Positions 13,379 through 26,774 of a DNA stretch of 64,000 nucleotides are shown one piece after another. The position numbers and the translations under genes were made by a program. Origin of the DNA: Eledone cirrhosa. Taxonomy: Eukaryota. Position 1 is the stretch's first letter; each line of letters opens with the position of its first letter. Below the pieces are notes generated by a model that saw only the letters and a program-made list of their open reading frames with translations, had not been told where the DNA came from and ran no database searches. The stretch is from the NCBI GenBank assembly GCA_964016885.1, contig OZ024742.1, forward strand, positions 222,518,001 through 222,582,000. The letters run 5' to 3'.

Positions 13379-13918
13379 ACAACATTATTCAGTGTTGTTT
13401 AATCCCAGATCGGGGAGAGTATAGTTTTAAGGATAATTTAGTTGTTATTTCTAGTAAAGTCAAGCAGCTATGAAGTGTCTTCTTCATACTGCAAAGGTGG
13501 CTGCTGTTGTTTAAAACCATGTCAACCCTGATCGAATAAACCTATAATTGAAAGGAAATATTTGTGCAGCATACATGTGTAACATTATCTGTGCAAGATA
13601 CCTGTACAATACACCTGTACAACATATCTGTATAATGCACCTGTGTAATGTACTTAGAAAATACCTAAGATTCCTGAAAAATACCTTCTATTCTTTTACA
13701 GGTCTCAGTCCTTTGACTGTGGCCATGCTGGGGTACTACTGCCTTTATGTAGTCAATCATATCAATTCATAGTACTTATTTTGTCAAGTCTGGTGCTTAT
13801 TTTATTGATTTCTTTCTTGTGAAATCACTAAGTTCAGGAACACAAACACAGATGCAAATCTAAACACACACACATATATGAGTGTATGTGCATGTATGTA
13901 TGTGTGTGTGTGTATATG

Positions 13919-13949
<31 letters not shown>

Positions 13950-14245
13950 ATATACTTCGTTTTTGAAGTTGTTTTACAAGATTTCTTATCTGAAAACATG
14001 TATTGAAACAGATATTTTTATACTTTGGGAAGGCCATGCTGCCAATAAAGAGACACAAAATGACAAATTAGTCACTGAGGTCACAGGATGTGTGACGAAA
14101 GAGCTTTGACTGTATATAAACAACCATCTGGTTATTAAACCAACCTACCAGAAATTTGTAATAGATTGAAATGAAAACCAACAGGTGCGTGTGTTTTAAT
14201 TAGCAGCATAACCCTCCCAAATTATAACTATATATATATATATAC

Positions 14246-15032
14246 ACTAGCAGTGGTACCCGGCGTTGCATGGAATAAGGTATTTTGGAACGTGGGCCGC
14301 CAATAGACCTAATCGTGGAAAAACTGCATGCCTGGACAATATGTAAAGAAAATAAACCGAATAGTCTGATGGCTGGATAATCTTTAAGATTTTCCTCGAT
14401 GAAGCAAGAAAAATGCAGGTTTTCACCTAGTGCGGGCCCTAGGCCATAAAAAGTTGGATTTTCTTTGCTTACGGTATGAAGAAGAGACTGACTAACACAT
14501 AGTTACAATTTCAAGGAAATCGGTCTGACGTAACGCCTCAAAAAAACCCTTAAAATGTTAAAAAACGCAGTTTTTCACCTAATGATAAAATCACCTAGGA
14601 GATAAAAAAAAAGTTGAATTTTTTTATGTGTAAAACACTCCCTGAAACATAAGTAATACACATGTAAAGTTTGAAAAAAATTGGTTGGGTACTTCTCGAG
14701 TTTTAGGGATTCAAAAACACACACACACATCCTCGGGGAAGTGACGTAATGCAGACAGTCAGACATACAGACCGATATTATAAGGGTGTGACGTTATAAG
14801 TATGTATCTATCTAAAAAGAGAAAGACTAAGAATTATAGAGCGAGATCGTTAAATCGCCTAATGTGGTCATTAGCGCATTGAAAATTTGAAATGTTTTTT
14901 TGCTCAGAACACTCCCTGAAACATAAGTATTACATGTGTAAAGTTTGAAAACAGTCGGTTGGGTGGTTCTCGGGTTTTAGGGATTCGAACTCACACACAC
15001 ACACAGACATCCTCAGTTTTATATATATAGAT
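14246..15032 (+). mobile_element. Helentron/DINE-1-like non-autonomous rolling-circle element
   Basis: Starts ACTAGCAGTGGTACCCGGCGTTGCATGG and ends TTTTATATATATAGAT; ~100-bp internal duplication (14634-14734 vs 14908-15014) ending in (CA)n. Confidence 0.6.
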
Positions 15033-15179
15033 AACAGTCTTCTGCAATTTCCTTCTACCAAATTCCACTCACAAGACATTGGTCAACCCAAGGCTATTGT
15101 AGAACGCACTTGCTCAAGGTGCTACACAGCAGGACTGAGCCCAGAACCAACTGGTTATGAAAAGAATGAGCAATGCCTA

Positions 15180-15520
15180 CACCTGTGCAACATTTCTGGA
15201 AAATACCTGTACAATATACATGGGAAATACCTGTGTAATATGCCTGGAAAACACCTGTCCTATATATCTAGAAGCATATGTATAGAAGGTATGTACAACA
15301 TACCTGGAAAATACCTATACAACATAGCTGGAAAATACCTGCACATCATTCCTGGAAAGTACCTGTGTAATACACTTGAAAAATACCTGTGTAATATACC
15401 TGGAAAACACATGTACAATATATCTGGAAAATACCTGTACAATATACCTGGAAAATATGGGCACAATACAGTTGGAAAATACTTGATTATTATACCTGGA
15501 AATTACCTGGAAAATACCTA
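15180..15520 (+). repeat. Degenerate ~24-bp minisatellite
   Basis: Unit ~GGAAAATACCTGTACAATATACCT; related decayed array at ~13560-13690. Confidence 0.75.
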
Positions 15521-15714
15521 ATACAGGTGGAGGCATGGCTGTATAGCTAAAGTGTTTACTTCACAACCATGTGATTTGGGGTTCACTTCTACTGTGAAGC
15601 ACTTTGAGGAAGTGTCTTCTACTATAGCTCCTAGTTGACCAATTCCTTGTGAGTGGTATTTAGTAGACAGAAACTGCAGAAGCATTTTGTATATATATAT
15701 ATATATATGTCTAT

Positions 15715-15852
15715 ATATCAAGTTTAATATAGGTATGGCTTCTACGGGAACTGTTTCATTCAAAAGAAATCATCAGGAAAGCTTTCCTGATGATTTCTTT
15801 TGAATGAAACAGTTCTAGTCCTGTGGAAGCCATTTCTATATTAAACTTGATG
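15715..15852. repeat. Fold-back centred on GAAAGCTTTC with back-to-back hammerhead cores
   Basis: Perfect inner palindrome ...GAAATCATCAGGAAAGCTTTCCTGATGATTTC...; the minus strand reads TTTC-CTGATGA-TTTCTTTTGAAT-GAAAC-AGTTCCC-GTA-GAAG. Confidence 0.7.
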
Positions 15853-15925
15853 TTTACACTCCAGTAATGTATTGAGTACCTTACTTACTGTGGTTACTCC
15901 AATTGAACCCGTGACTCACACACAA

Positions 15926-15994
<69 letters not shown>

Positions 15995-16278
15995 TAAAGA
16001 CGATGTAATGCATTTTGAATGGAATTATGGTAGTGGTAGTAATGGTGGTGATGGTCATGATGATGATGGTAGTGGTGGTCATAATAATTATGATTAATGG
16101 TGATGTTGATGATGATGATGATGATGATGCATCCTAGCTGGGAATAGAATTATAATAAAAGAAGACAGACCTACACACCCATACAAGTTGTGTCTCATAG
16201 GAGGTTTCTCATGTTTTGTAATGATAGGGGCCACAGTTCTATCATGTTGTTACAGCTCACACCTATACAGATGTAGCT

Positions 16279-17325
16279 GGACTTGTATGAAGTTGTGTCT
16301 CATAGGAGGTTTCTCGTGATTATAGGGGCCACAGTTCTATCATGTTGTTATAGCCCACAGCTAGACTTGTATGAAGTTGTGTCTCATAGGAGGTTTCTCA
16401 TGATTATAGGGGCCACAGTTCTATCATGTTGTTATAGCCCACAGCTAGACTTGTATGAAATTGTGTTTCATAGGAGGTTTCTCATGATTATAGGGGCCAC
16501 AGTTCTATCATGTTGTTATAGCCCACAGCTAGACTTGTATGAAATTGTGTTTCATAGGAGGTTTCTCATGATTATAGGGGCCACAGTTCTATCATGTTGT
16601 TATAGCCCACAGCTAGACTTGTATGAAATTGTGTTTCATAGGAGGTTTCTCATGATTATAGGGGCCACAGTTCTATCATGTTGTTATAGCCCACAGCTAG
16701 ACTTGTATGAAATTGTGTTTCATAGGAGGTTTCTCGTGATTATAGGGGCCACAGTTCTATCATGTTGTTATAGCCCACAGCTAGACTTGTATGAAATTGT
16801 GTTTCATAGGAGGTTTCTCGTGATTATAGGGGCCACAGTTCTATCATGTTGTTATAGCCCACAGCTAGACTTGTATGAAGTTGTGTCTCATAGGAGGTTT
16901 CTCGTGATTATAGGGGCCACAGTTCTATCATGTTGTTATAGCCCACAGCTAGACTTGTATGAAATTGTGTCTCATAGGAGGTTTCTCGTGATTATAGGGG
17001 CCACAGTTCTATCATGTTGTTATAGCCCACAGCTAGACTTGTATGAAGTTATGTTTCATAGGAGGTTTCTCGTGATTATAGGGGCCACAGTTCTATCATG
17101 TTGTTATAGCCCACAGCTAGACTTGTATGAAGTTGTGTCTCATAGGAGGTTTCTCGTGATTATAGGGGCCACAGTTCTATCATGTTGTTATAGCCCACAG
17201 CTAGACTTGTATGAAATTGTGTCTCATAGGAGGTTTCTCGTGATTATAGGGGCCACAGTTCTATCATGTTGTTATAGCCCACAGCTAGACTTGTATGAAA
17301 TTGTGTCTCATAGGAGGTTTCTCAG
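16279..17325 (+). repeat. 84-bp tandem minisatellite, ~12.5 near-identical copies
   Basis: GTATGA recurs at 16285 and 16369 (period 84); variation is almost confined to three positions. Confidence 0.95.
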
Positions 17326-19317
17326 GTGTTTTATTGATAAGAGCCACAATCCTGTTATGGAGAGCAATGTGAAATAGAAAGAGAGAGAGAGTGGGGAGTG
17401 AGTTACTAATAAAATATTGTCTTAATTTAAAATATTTGAATCTTTATAATCATCATTGCTACCACCATCATCATAACTACCAGTATCACCACTACCACAT
17501 CATCACTACTACCACCACAACCAACATCATCACTACTACCACCACAACCAACAGCAGCAGCATCACTACCACCATCAGCAGCAGCATCACTACCACCACA
17601 GCCAACATCACCACAACCACCATCAACAGCATCACCACTACCACCACAACCAACATCATCACTACTACCACCACAACCAACATCATCACCACAACCACCA
17701 TCAGCAGCAACATCACTACCACCAATATCACCACTATTGTATGGCCTTGTGGTTAGAGTGTTTGATTTACAAATGTATGAAAGAAGAGGGAAAAAAAAAC
17801 AATTAATATATTGTGATAATATGATGCCGTAGGAAATGATTAATAATTTGTCTTGAACAATTTATCACAATTTCTATAAACATGGAACAGATTGAGCAAT
17901 AATTCCACTGAATTATTCATCTAGTTTCTTTGACAATTTATCAAACAATAAAATGGAGGTTTCTTCTGTTTTTCTTTATTTATTCTTATTTTTATTTTTT
18001 GCTGTTTGTTTTGGACAGTGTTTCAATTTAAAATGGTGTGTGTTTTGTTAGTTGCTCTGTTTCTCTATCTCTCTCCCTCTAGTTATCTACCTGTATCTTT
18101 CTGTCCTCTTCTCTCTCTCCCGCTTTCTCTCTCTCTCTCCCTCTCTCTCTCTCTCTCTCCCTCTCTTTCTCTCATTGAGAGAGAGAGATGGGTACGTGCT
18201 GTGTGTCTATCTAGCTCTTCTCTATCAATCTATTTATGTCCTCGCTCTCTGTCAAGAATTTTGAAAAATTTACAAAATTTGTGAATTATTTCCTTACAAG
18301 GATAGTAACTCAACATGTGGTTTTTGCATAAAATTAAGTTGGAAGATTTCAATTTTATTAGGAAATCTTTAAAATGAGTGGTTTTGTTTCATAGAACCAG
18401 AGGCAATTTGAGACTAGGTAGGTATCAAAACAGTTAACCTTTCCATGGTTATATTTCTAATGAAATAATCTATTTCAATTAATTATTGAAGAATTTTGAA
18501 ATATAATAAAATTATTAAGAATTTCATTGCTAAGTAAGTTAATGTATGGTTCCTATATATAATTATGTTGAAAGATTTTAATTTAAATAGGGACCTTTAA
18601 CTCATTTGATACTAAACAACAGGAAACCATCCCTAGTTCTGCAATACTTCTCTTCTTCTTCGCTTACTTATTCCTGAGAGGGTCATGGGGACAAAGTCCT
18701 CACACACTCCTTCCAACAGGTCCTGTCAGAAGCAACCATCTCCAATTGTTTATTTTAAAGTGTTTATATTAATCTAAAAACTTCCCATCCTAATTTTATT
18801 AGACAGCATTCAAGTTATGCTCCAAACAACAGCTTAATAAAAAGAAATTTAATTATATTACTAAATTACTCCAAAATCAACATGATTTAGGCTTCCATTA
18901 GAAATATGGAAATGAAAGTATCAAAATGGGTGATTTTGTAACATAGAACCAGTGGTGGGTTGACCAGGTTAGTATCAAAATGGTTAAAGATGTTATTCTC
19001 TAATGATGGTGGCAGCAGTGGCGAAGAGAAAACACTTTTCCAAGGTGCTGTATGTTCAGTGATATCAATTTTGGAATCAGGTTATTATGAAACAACCTCT
19101 TTTAAACATACATGTACACATGACCTGCATTCATACTATAATATATAGGTGCCGATATGGCTGCGTGATTAAGGAGCTCACTTCAGAACCACATGGTTTC
19201 AGATTCACTCCCACTGTATGGTGCCTGAGACAAGTGTCTTGGCCAATCAATGCTTTGTGAGTGGAATTTGGTAAGCAGAAACTGCAGAAGCTTGTTGTAT
19301 CATCATGTAATGTCCAC

Positions 19318-19378
<61 letters not shown>

Positions 19379-19588
19379 TATATATATATAATATATATAG
19401 ATAAATAGATAGATAGATAGAGTCTGTGGTGCTGAGACCAAGGAGACTACTAATCATGTGAGTACTCGATACATGAGGAGATGTAGAGTGGGTACAGAGA
19501 TGTTTAAAATCCCAATAAAGCTTTTTAAGGCTTGCTTAACACACAACCTAAAACCACTTGGCACTGCAGTCGGGATTTGACACATCTA

Positions 19589-19652
<64 letters not shown>

Positions 19653-22600
19653 ATTATAGTGGAGTATTTTATTATCTTTGGTAAGGTGAGAGAAGCTCTA
19701 TGCACAGTAAATCCTCAGTTCATCAGGAGTTTAAAACAGACAACTAAGTCATCAACAGTTAAAGTTCTTGTTGTTAAATATATTTATATATATAATCATA
19801 ATTATCATTAACATCATCATTTTATGTCCACTTTTCATGTTGGCATGTGTGGGATGAATTGCCATGGCCTGAGACTAGAGAGGTCAGAGAACCTCATCAT
19901 GCTCATACATACCATATTTATTTACATATATATATGTGTGTGTCCCTGTATTTCTATATACACATTCTGTGACTTAACGGTTCAACAAAATTTAAAAAAA
20001 GATCGAAAAAATAAACACTGGGGTTAATGTGGTTAACTGAATTCCTTCAAGGTGGTTCTTCAGCATGGCCGCAGCCTAATGCTTGAAACTAGTAAAAGAA
20101 CAAAGGAATAAAAGAATGTTTAATGTTAAATTGGTTAATGTTGGTTTTATTGGTCTGTAGCAGAATTCTTAATGTGTTTGTTTTTCTATAATGTCTCTTT
20201 AATACATTATAACTGACAAACCACTTGTTATATGCTCGGCAGTAAAACCTCATTAAAAAATATATATATTTGAAACTGTCCAAATGTTTTTACTTTAAAG
20301 CTTATGTGTTTCTCTCTTAATTGTTTTATATGGTGATGGTTAGAGATTTAGATTATTTTGAATAAAATATATTATGTACATAAATTATATTAACCAGATA
20401 AATAATCAGATAATATAATTATTGGGATATGTGTATATCAACCATAATACTACATCATGTGTGTTTGTATGTTTATATATATGTGCACGTGTGAAAGTCT
20501 GTGTGTGTCTGTAACTCTTTAAAATTTACATACACAAACATATACACATTACATTTCAGTCATGCTGCTACAATAAGAAGTTTGCTTTCCAATCACAAGA
20601 TCCTAATTTCTAATTCTATACGTATCCTTGCAAATAGTTATTTCTCCAAAGTTATTCATACATTTAATCCTGTATGTCATTTGTACATATATGCTGAATA
20701 TTTATGTAATTATATTCTAGAAATAAATTATTAATATAACATTCTTATCTTTAATCACTTCCACATTTCAGTAATTAACATAAACTATAGAGTTTCTCTT
20801 ATGCAAACTATTAATTAATCAAGATGCAAATTTCCCGGTTTCTATGATTATTATCCAGTAATTCTGCTATATATGGCATTCCAATTCTGATCTCAAAACA
20901 TTATTAATATTCAACACTATTGACAGCATGGAAAAACAGGTGTTAAATGATAATATATATATATTATTGGGCAAAGAAGTGTCAGGAAATCCCAGTGGAA
21001 GGAATCCGCAGTAGAACTAGACTAAGGAAGACCTAGGCAGAAGTGGTGAGAGCTGATCTCAAATCACTGAGAATCACAGAGGAAATGACATGGAAAAACG
21101 AGCTTAAAACAATAATGGTGATGATGATGCTCATGCCATGATAAAATACACCCAGTGCACATTGTAAGGAGGTCGACATTAGGAAGGGCATCCAGCTATG
21201 GAAATCATGCCAAAAAATTGAATATATGAATAAGACATTCCATTGTAATACCAATAGTGGAAAGGTTGGTTCATCTATTGCAGATTAAAATGGATAATTC
21301 CATATAGTCTCCAGTCTCCCATCTTATTTACTTTTAGTATCACAGTGTGTGTTCTGGCAGCTGGGTTTTCTCCAGTGTGGCATGTTGCCAGTCAACTCAC
21401 TCTTGTACCATCTCCTTCATAAGGGTCAGTCTCTTCAGGTCATACTTCACAACTTTATCTTATTTCTTCCTTGGTGTCCCTTGGTGGAAAAGTATTTAAT
21501 GCCCCTTATTTGTAGCTAGTAAGCGATGACAGACTGGGAAAAGTATCTGATACCCTTGGAATTACCCTTTACCATTTAAACTGGCCATATTGTTCTCAAA
21601 TTAAAAAATATAAAAATCTCATAGATTTGATATTACGTGAGATAATGCCTTAACTGTGAAAATACCATAGTAAATATAGAGTAATGTAAATGTTAAAGTG
21701 TTAAGAAACAAAAATAAGAAAAAAAGGTGAAAAGCAGTTAAATGTAGGATCCATGTATTGGAAGATCTTGTTTATGGTTGATAGAGCCTTGACAATATAT
21801 TGCACCTCCATTGAGTTCCAATCTTAGTAGTTTTTTCTTAAGACCAGTGAATGCTGTATTTACTGTGATTATATTATAACTATACTGTAGAGTGTGTGTT
21901 CACAACTGTTTATTGACTCAATAGTGAATATTAGTTAATTTGTTTTATGTTTGGTTTTACACATTATAAGATATTATACAAACTTAAGAATGAAATGAAT
22001 GCTGTATTTATTAAGTGATTATATCATAACTATACTGTGTAGTATGTGTGTGTGCATTCATAACTGATTGTAGATAGAATCCATTGAGAGAGGTGATAAG
22101 AAACAAAACAATATTATTTCAATGTGTGTTTATATGTTAAGAGATTGGCTGACTGTATAAAGTCAGCTGAACACAGTTACTGTGATTCCCAACCACTTGT
22201 CTGTCCAGTCGACTGTCTTACATCTTACATATGTTGGACAATGTATTATCTTACAAGATATAACAGCTTGTTTCAAATGTTTGTCTTGTAACTAGTCCAC
22301 TTTTATGACCAAATTTCTGATGAAATACACTGTATTCTAATTAACTCTTAACATCTTATACTCCATGAAACCAAATTAGCAAAACATTCTTGAAAAGTAC
22401 AACACATTGCTGTAATTGCTTCATTTTAAAAATTCAAGTCTTTACCCAAATTTTCACAACAGTCTGTCCACAATGAAAGATAATATAAACATTAATAATT
22501 ATTTCATTATTAAGATTGTGTGTCATCATGACCATCATTTAATGGTCTGTTCTTTCTTTACTGGCATGGGTTAGATAGGTTATTACTGATCGAGTCAGTA

Positions 22601-23015
22601 CCCAAGGGAAGTCAATTCCAGGGAACCCTGTCTTGTATATGTTCCAGTTTTAGTATGGTATTTATAATGCCCTGTCTACCACCTATCACTTTACTGATAC
22701 GTGATTTTATTATGGCACCAGCACTATATATGTGTGTGCGTCAAGGGTACATCAACTTCTCTAGTATTGGTGGCATAATAAATTGCACCCGATACACTCT
22801 GTAAAGTGATTGGAAACCTTGCCAAACTAAAGTTTAAGAAGATTCTTAAGTTATGCCAAAGACATGAAAAACGTCGCTAGTGCTGGTGCCACAATAAAAT
22901 GTACCCGGTCTACTCTGTAGAATGCAGGAATGCATGTAAGTTAGATGCAGCCCCTGGACCGCCTGAGAGGTTTTAGTGGCTCCAATTAAGTACTGATGGT
23001 TAGTGAGTCTGTGAT

Positions 23016-23047
<32 letters not shown>

Positions 23048-23089
23048 GTTTAGCAAAGTTTAAGCACAAGATAGATAGATAGATACATT

Positions 23090-23310
23090 CTCCAGAGGCA
23101 ACCTGCTGCACTTCAGGCTGAGGAGGGTAAACTCTCCAAATATTGGTTGCTCTCCGACAGGTTTGCAGTCGAGCCCATGGCAGTGGTATCCTTGGCCCCA
23201 GGACCACCTCCCGGCTCACCACCATTGGCACAGAGTTGGCTACCCATAACTCGCGAGCTGGAATGGTTCTTCCAATGCATCTCCCTCACCATCTGCCAGT
23301 GCTGCAGGGT
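23090..23310 (+). mobile_element. Decayed C-terminus (restriction-like endonuclease region) of a CRE-like non-LTR retrotransposon
   Basis: Frameshifted translation AALQAEEGKLSKY..LSDRF.VEPMAV / GILGPRTTSRLTTIG / RELEWFFQCISLTI. Confidence 0.6.
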
Positions 23311-23619
23311 GACCTCTTTGCTCATAATAGTGAGAGATGGGGAGAGCGGGAGAGACGGTCGTAGTGACAGTGGGAGTTTGGTTCTTTTGTGTTCAGACCT
23401 GGTGTACATATCTCACTATTTATCTATCTGTGTATCACACCAGCAGCAATCATAGATAACTGCACAGAACCATGTAACTACATTGCCAGCAATTGTCAAC
23501 AATTAATTGCATGAGGAATAGTTTTTAAAAAGATTATTCCTCCCCCATTTTCTATATTTATTCTCATTTCCATTATTCTTTTAGTTTTTTTTTTATTTTA
23601 TATATTATCATTATTATTT

Positions 23620-23655
<36 letters not shown>

Positions 23656-24274
23656 CTTCTTTTCTCTTTTTTTTTTCTTCTGCTAATCTTCCAGGAACCT
23701 AACCACTTCAGCCCCCCTCCTCCTCCAGACCCCTTTCAATCATGTTAATATCTATATTTTTATTTATTTGTATCCTTACTTCTACCCACAACCCCTAAAA
23801 AACTATTTTTCTCTCTTGATACAAGGCATAAACACACACATACCACAAGACAAAAGATTAACTCTATATCTACACCTAAACTGACCTTCAGTCCCCACTT
23901 TGATACACCTCCCCACACACACATTAAAAATGCTAGCTGGCCATAAGTATGAATTTTCTATTTTTAACTAAGTGAATTCAATTGAATTCCTGACCTGTTG
24001 AACCCCACCTCCATCTTCACCACCACACCTTCATAAAGAACATATATATATGAAGAAATTTTGACAGAAAACTCACATATATTTGAACTGTTCACAGAAT
24101 ACATGAAAAAACATTTTTTTAAATATCTAATATTTTGTAAGATTTTTTTACCAATCGAAACCGTTTATATTTAATGCAATAATTATAAAATTATTCATTC
24201 TGTCGGATTAATGAAAAAATAATCTTTAAATGTACTTCTGTGCATTTTCAGCTTCACTTTTTAACTATAGGTGG

Positions 24275-24458
24275 ATTAGCAGTAATCGGTAGAGGGTCTG
24301 ACGCCATGCTCTACAGCAAAACGTTATGGCTCTTTATGGTCTGAGTTCAAATCCCGCCGAGGTTAACTTTGCCTTTCATCCTTACGGGGTCGATAAAATA
24401 AAGTACCAGTAATACACTGGGATAATTGCTGGTCTTGTGCCGAAAGTAGAAACAATTG
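24275..24458 (+). mobile_element. Family A SINE
   Basis: A-box-like GCAGTAATCGGTAGAG, B-box GAGTTCAAATCC, conserved core. Confidence 0.85.
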
Positions 24459-24491
<33 letters not shown>

Positions 24492-24564
24492 ATAATATAT
24501 ATGTGTATTTATATATATATATATAAAATTATAGTTAAAGAGTGAAGGTGAAAACTTATATAAT

Positions 24565-24664
24565 GCCCCAACCGTGGTTTCTGAAACTCAATATACAGTA
24601 CCTGGAATTCCAAGACATTGGAATAAACAATACTGGAAGAACTGAAGTGTCTTCATCAGGGGGC
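24565..24664 (-). ncRNA. Candidate type I hammerhead ribozyme with a long stem II insert
   Basis: Minus strand: GCCCC-CTGATGA-[~70 nt]-GAAAC-CACG-GTT-GGGGC; stem I is 5 bp but stem II pairing is imperfect. Confidence 0.5.
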
Positions 24665-25227
24665 GAATTCCTCACAAGAATAAAGGGACAAGTTGAAAAT
24701 TTATTATACATACCAATTCACTGCTAGATCTTATATGGTGAACAAGATGTTGTATCATTGAATTACCATATGAATATACTCCACCCAAAGGGACAAGCTG
24801 AATATATATCATATAATCCATGCTGTTTATAGACCACATGGGAAAGCAGCATGACACAACACTGAAATACTGTATGAAAATGTTCTACTCAGGACAATAC
24901 GATGGGTTTATGTCGACGCTAGAACTAGCAACCAAAAACCGTCTAAATCAGCTCAAACAATGAAGGAGCAGTCATTATATATATATATATATATATATTC
25001 AACTTGTCCCTTTGGATAGAGTATATTCATACAGTAATTCAATGATATAACATATGTATAGTAATAAGAAAATAAGAATATTTATATTTATATATGTTTG
25101 ATACAACTATGAATAAGTACTAGCCGGTTACCGGTATGATAAAAGGCTCAATGCAAATTTTCAAGTGTTTTACAGAGCCGAGATACAAAGTGTTAAAACG
25201 ATCAAATTTTAGTTTAGAACATTTATT

Positions 25228-25274
25228 TGCTGACAATTGTTTCTTCCAGAAGGAAGTCTGGAATCATCAGAGCA
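25228..25274 (-). ncRNA. Minimal type I hammerhead ribozyme (Penelope-type), intact core
   Basis: Minus strand: TGCT-CTGATGA-TTCCAGA-CTTCCT-TCTGGAA-GAAAC-AATT-GTC-AGCA; stem I 4 bp, stem II 7 bp, palindromic stem III, GUC site. Confidence 0.8.
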
Positions 25275-26034
25275 TAGGGAATGTCGAAACATGTTACTAA
25301 AATCCTAGTCATTTAGAACATTTAGGGTACATAATTGTTGTTAGTGTCATAGGCATCATGTGGAGAGTCAGGAGTTAAAAAGATGTTCTGTTTGAAAGAA
25401 CACGATTACAGGCAGCACTGGTTGGAAGTGTAATAGGTATAAGTAAAAAGCATAAGCAAAAAAATACAGGAGTCAATACAGTCAATAAGGCATGTATGAG
25501 GAAAGAGTTATAATGCAGTTGAAATAAACATGTTGTGTGGGGGTGTTAAAGCATGTTATAATTGTTATAAATGTTTAAGATAGTGTACAATTTGTTAGAG
25601 AGGCATGTGGTGATAATGTAGGTATTTGTTATGCAAGGTGTAATGAATGCAAAGCACGTGATAGAGTTGGGTATGTGATTTTCATTTAAGTGTTTTTGTG
25701 TTGTAGTTCGTATGTATATGTATGTGTATATGTTGTTTGTTACAGCTATTAATCATGGGATTATTTTGAGTCGTTTATAGTCAATAGGTGTTTGTTAAAT
25801 GTAAATTCCACTGAATTACTGGCCATGTTGTTATTGTAGGTATATTATCTTATGCAATTTTTATCTACAAATTATCTTTTCTGGGGTTTGTATTAACTGT
25901 TATTTGGCTGTTGGTAAACCGTTAGGTTGCTTAATTTTATAAGTTTACACAGGAAGTTGTAAAGGGAGTTAATCAAACATGCCTTATTGACTGTATTGAC
26001 TCCTGCATTGTACACCAATTTTCCTTGTTTATAT

Positions 26035-26765
26035 GGTGAAGCATAAACAAATTGAGAGAGAGACTAAGCATAAGAGGTATCAAATGTTGTGTTCTGGAGA
26101 GGAGATTGCGTTGGTATGGCCATGTGATGCGTATGAAGGACGACAGCTGTATAAAAAAGTGCAGAGCAATGAAAATTGATGGAAGCTACGGAGTGGGTAG
26201 ACCAAGAAAAACCTGGGACGCGGTGATAAAAACTGACCTTGCTCACCTACACCTCTCTAAGACAATGTCACTGAATTAAGATCTTAGGCGCCATGCAGTT
26301 GTACAGAAAAGCCACCTTCCCTTGCATACAAACCTACAGTCAGTAGGCACCTCTTAACCCAATATACACCCCACCCCATACACCCTACCCCATCCTCCCA
26401 TTTCCGTCCTCTGTGTCGGTTACACAACAAAAAGCACTCATTCCACACTGTAAAGTAGGAGACACAGTAAAAAGGCTCCCAGTCCACACTGTAAAAGTGG
26501 TTGGTGTTAGGAAGGGCATCTAGCTGTTGAAAACTGCCAGAGACACTTCTGTGTGAGCAAGACATGTTCTCCTGACCAATCCTGCATCAAATGGAACAAA
26601 ACCGTCTAACCCATGCTAGCGTGGAAGATGGATATTAAATGATGAATCCGTTCCCGTATGACCAAGACAAGGTCAACTGACCAGACATTGCCCACAACAG
26701 GACAACTCGGCTAACCCATGCTAGCATAGAAGAATGGACGTAAAACGGTGATGATAATGATGATA
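26035..26765 (+). mobile_element. RTE LINE 3' fragment with 3' UTR and tails
   Basis: ORF 26052-26279 ERRLRWYGHVMRM...GRPRKTWD matches the end of the 63148-63927 ORF. Confidence 0.85.
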
Positions 26766-26774
26766 TATATATAA

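Noticed and set aside
15240-15521. GKYLYNIP octapeptide repeat ORF
   Set aside because: Degenerate 24-bp minisatellite between SINEs; no exon signals
16283-17377. 364-aa repetitive ORF, and the array as a possible CRISPR
   Set aside because: Pure 84-bp tandem repeat with no unique spacers; the ORF is a by-product of a stop-free unit derived from a SINE
17391-17756. Thr-rich ORF; similar tracts at 4430-5030 and 42610-43550
   Set aside because: (ACC/ATC)n simple-repeat expansions typical of this genome
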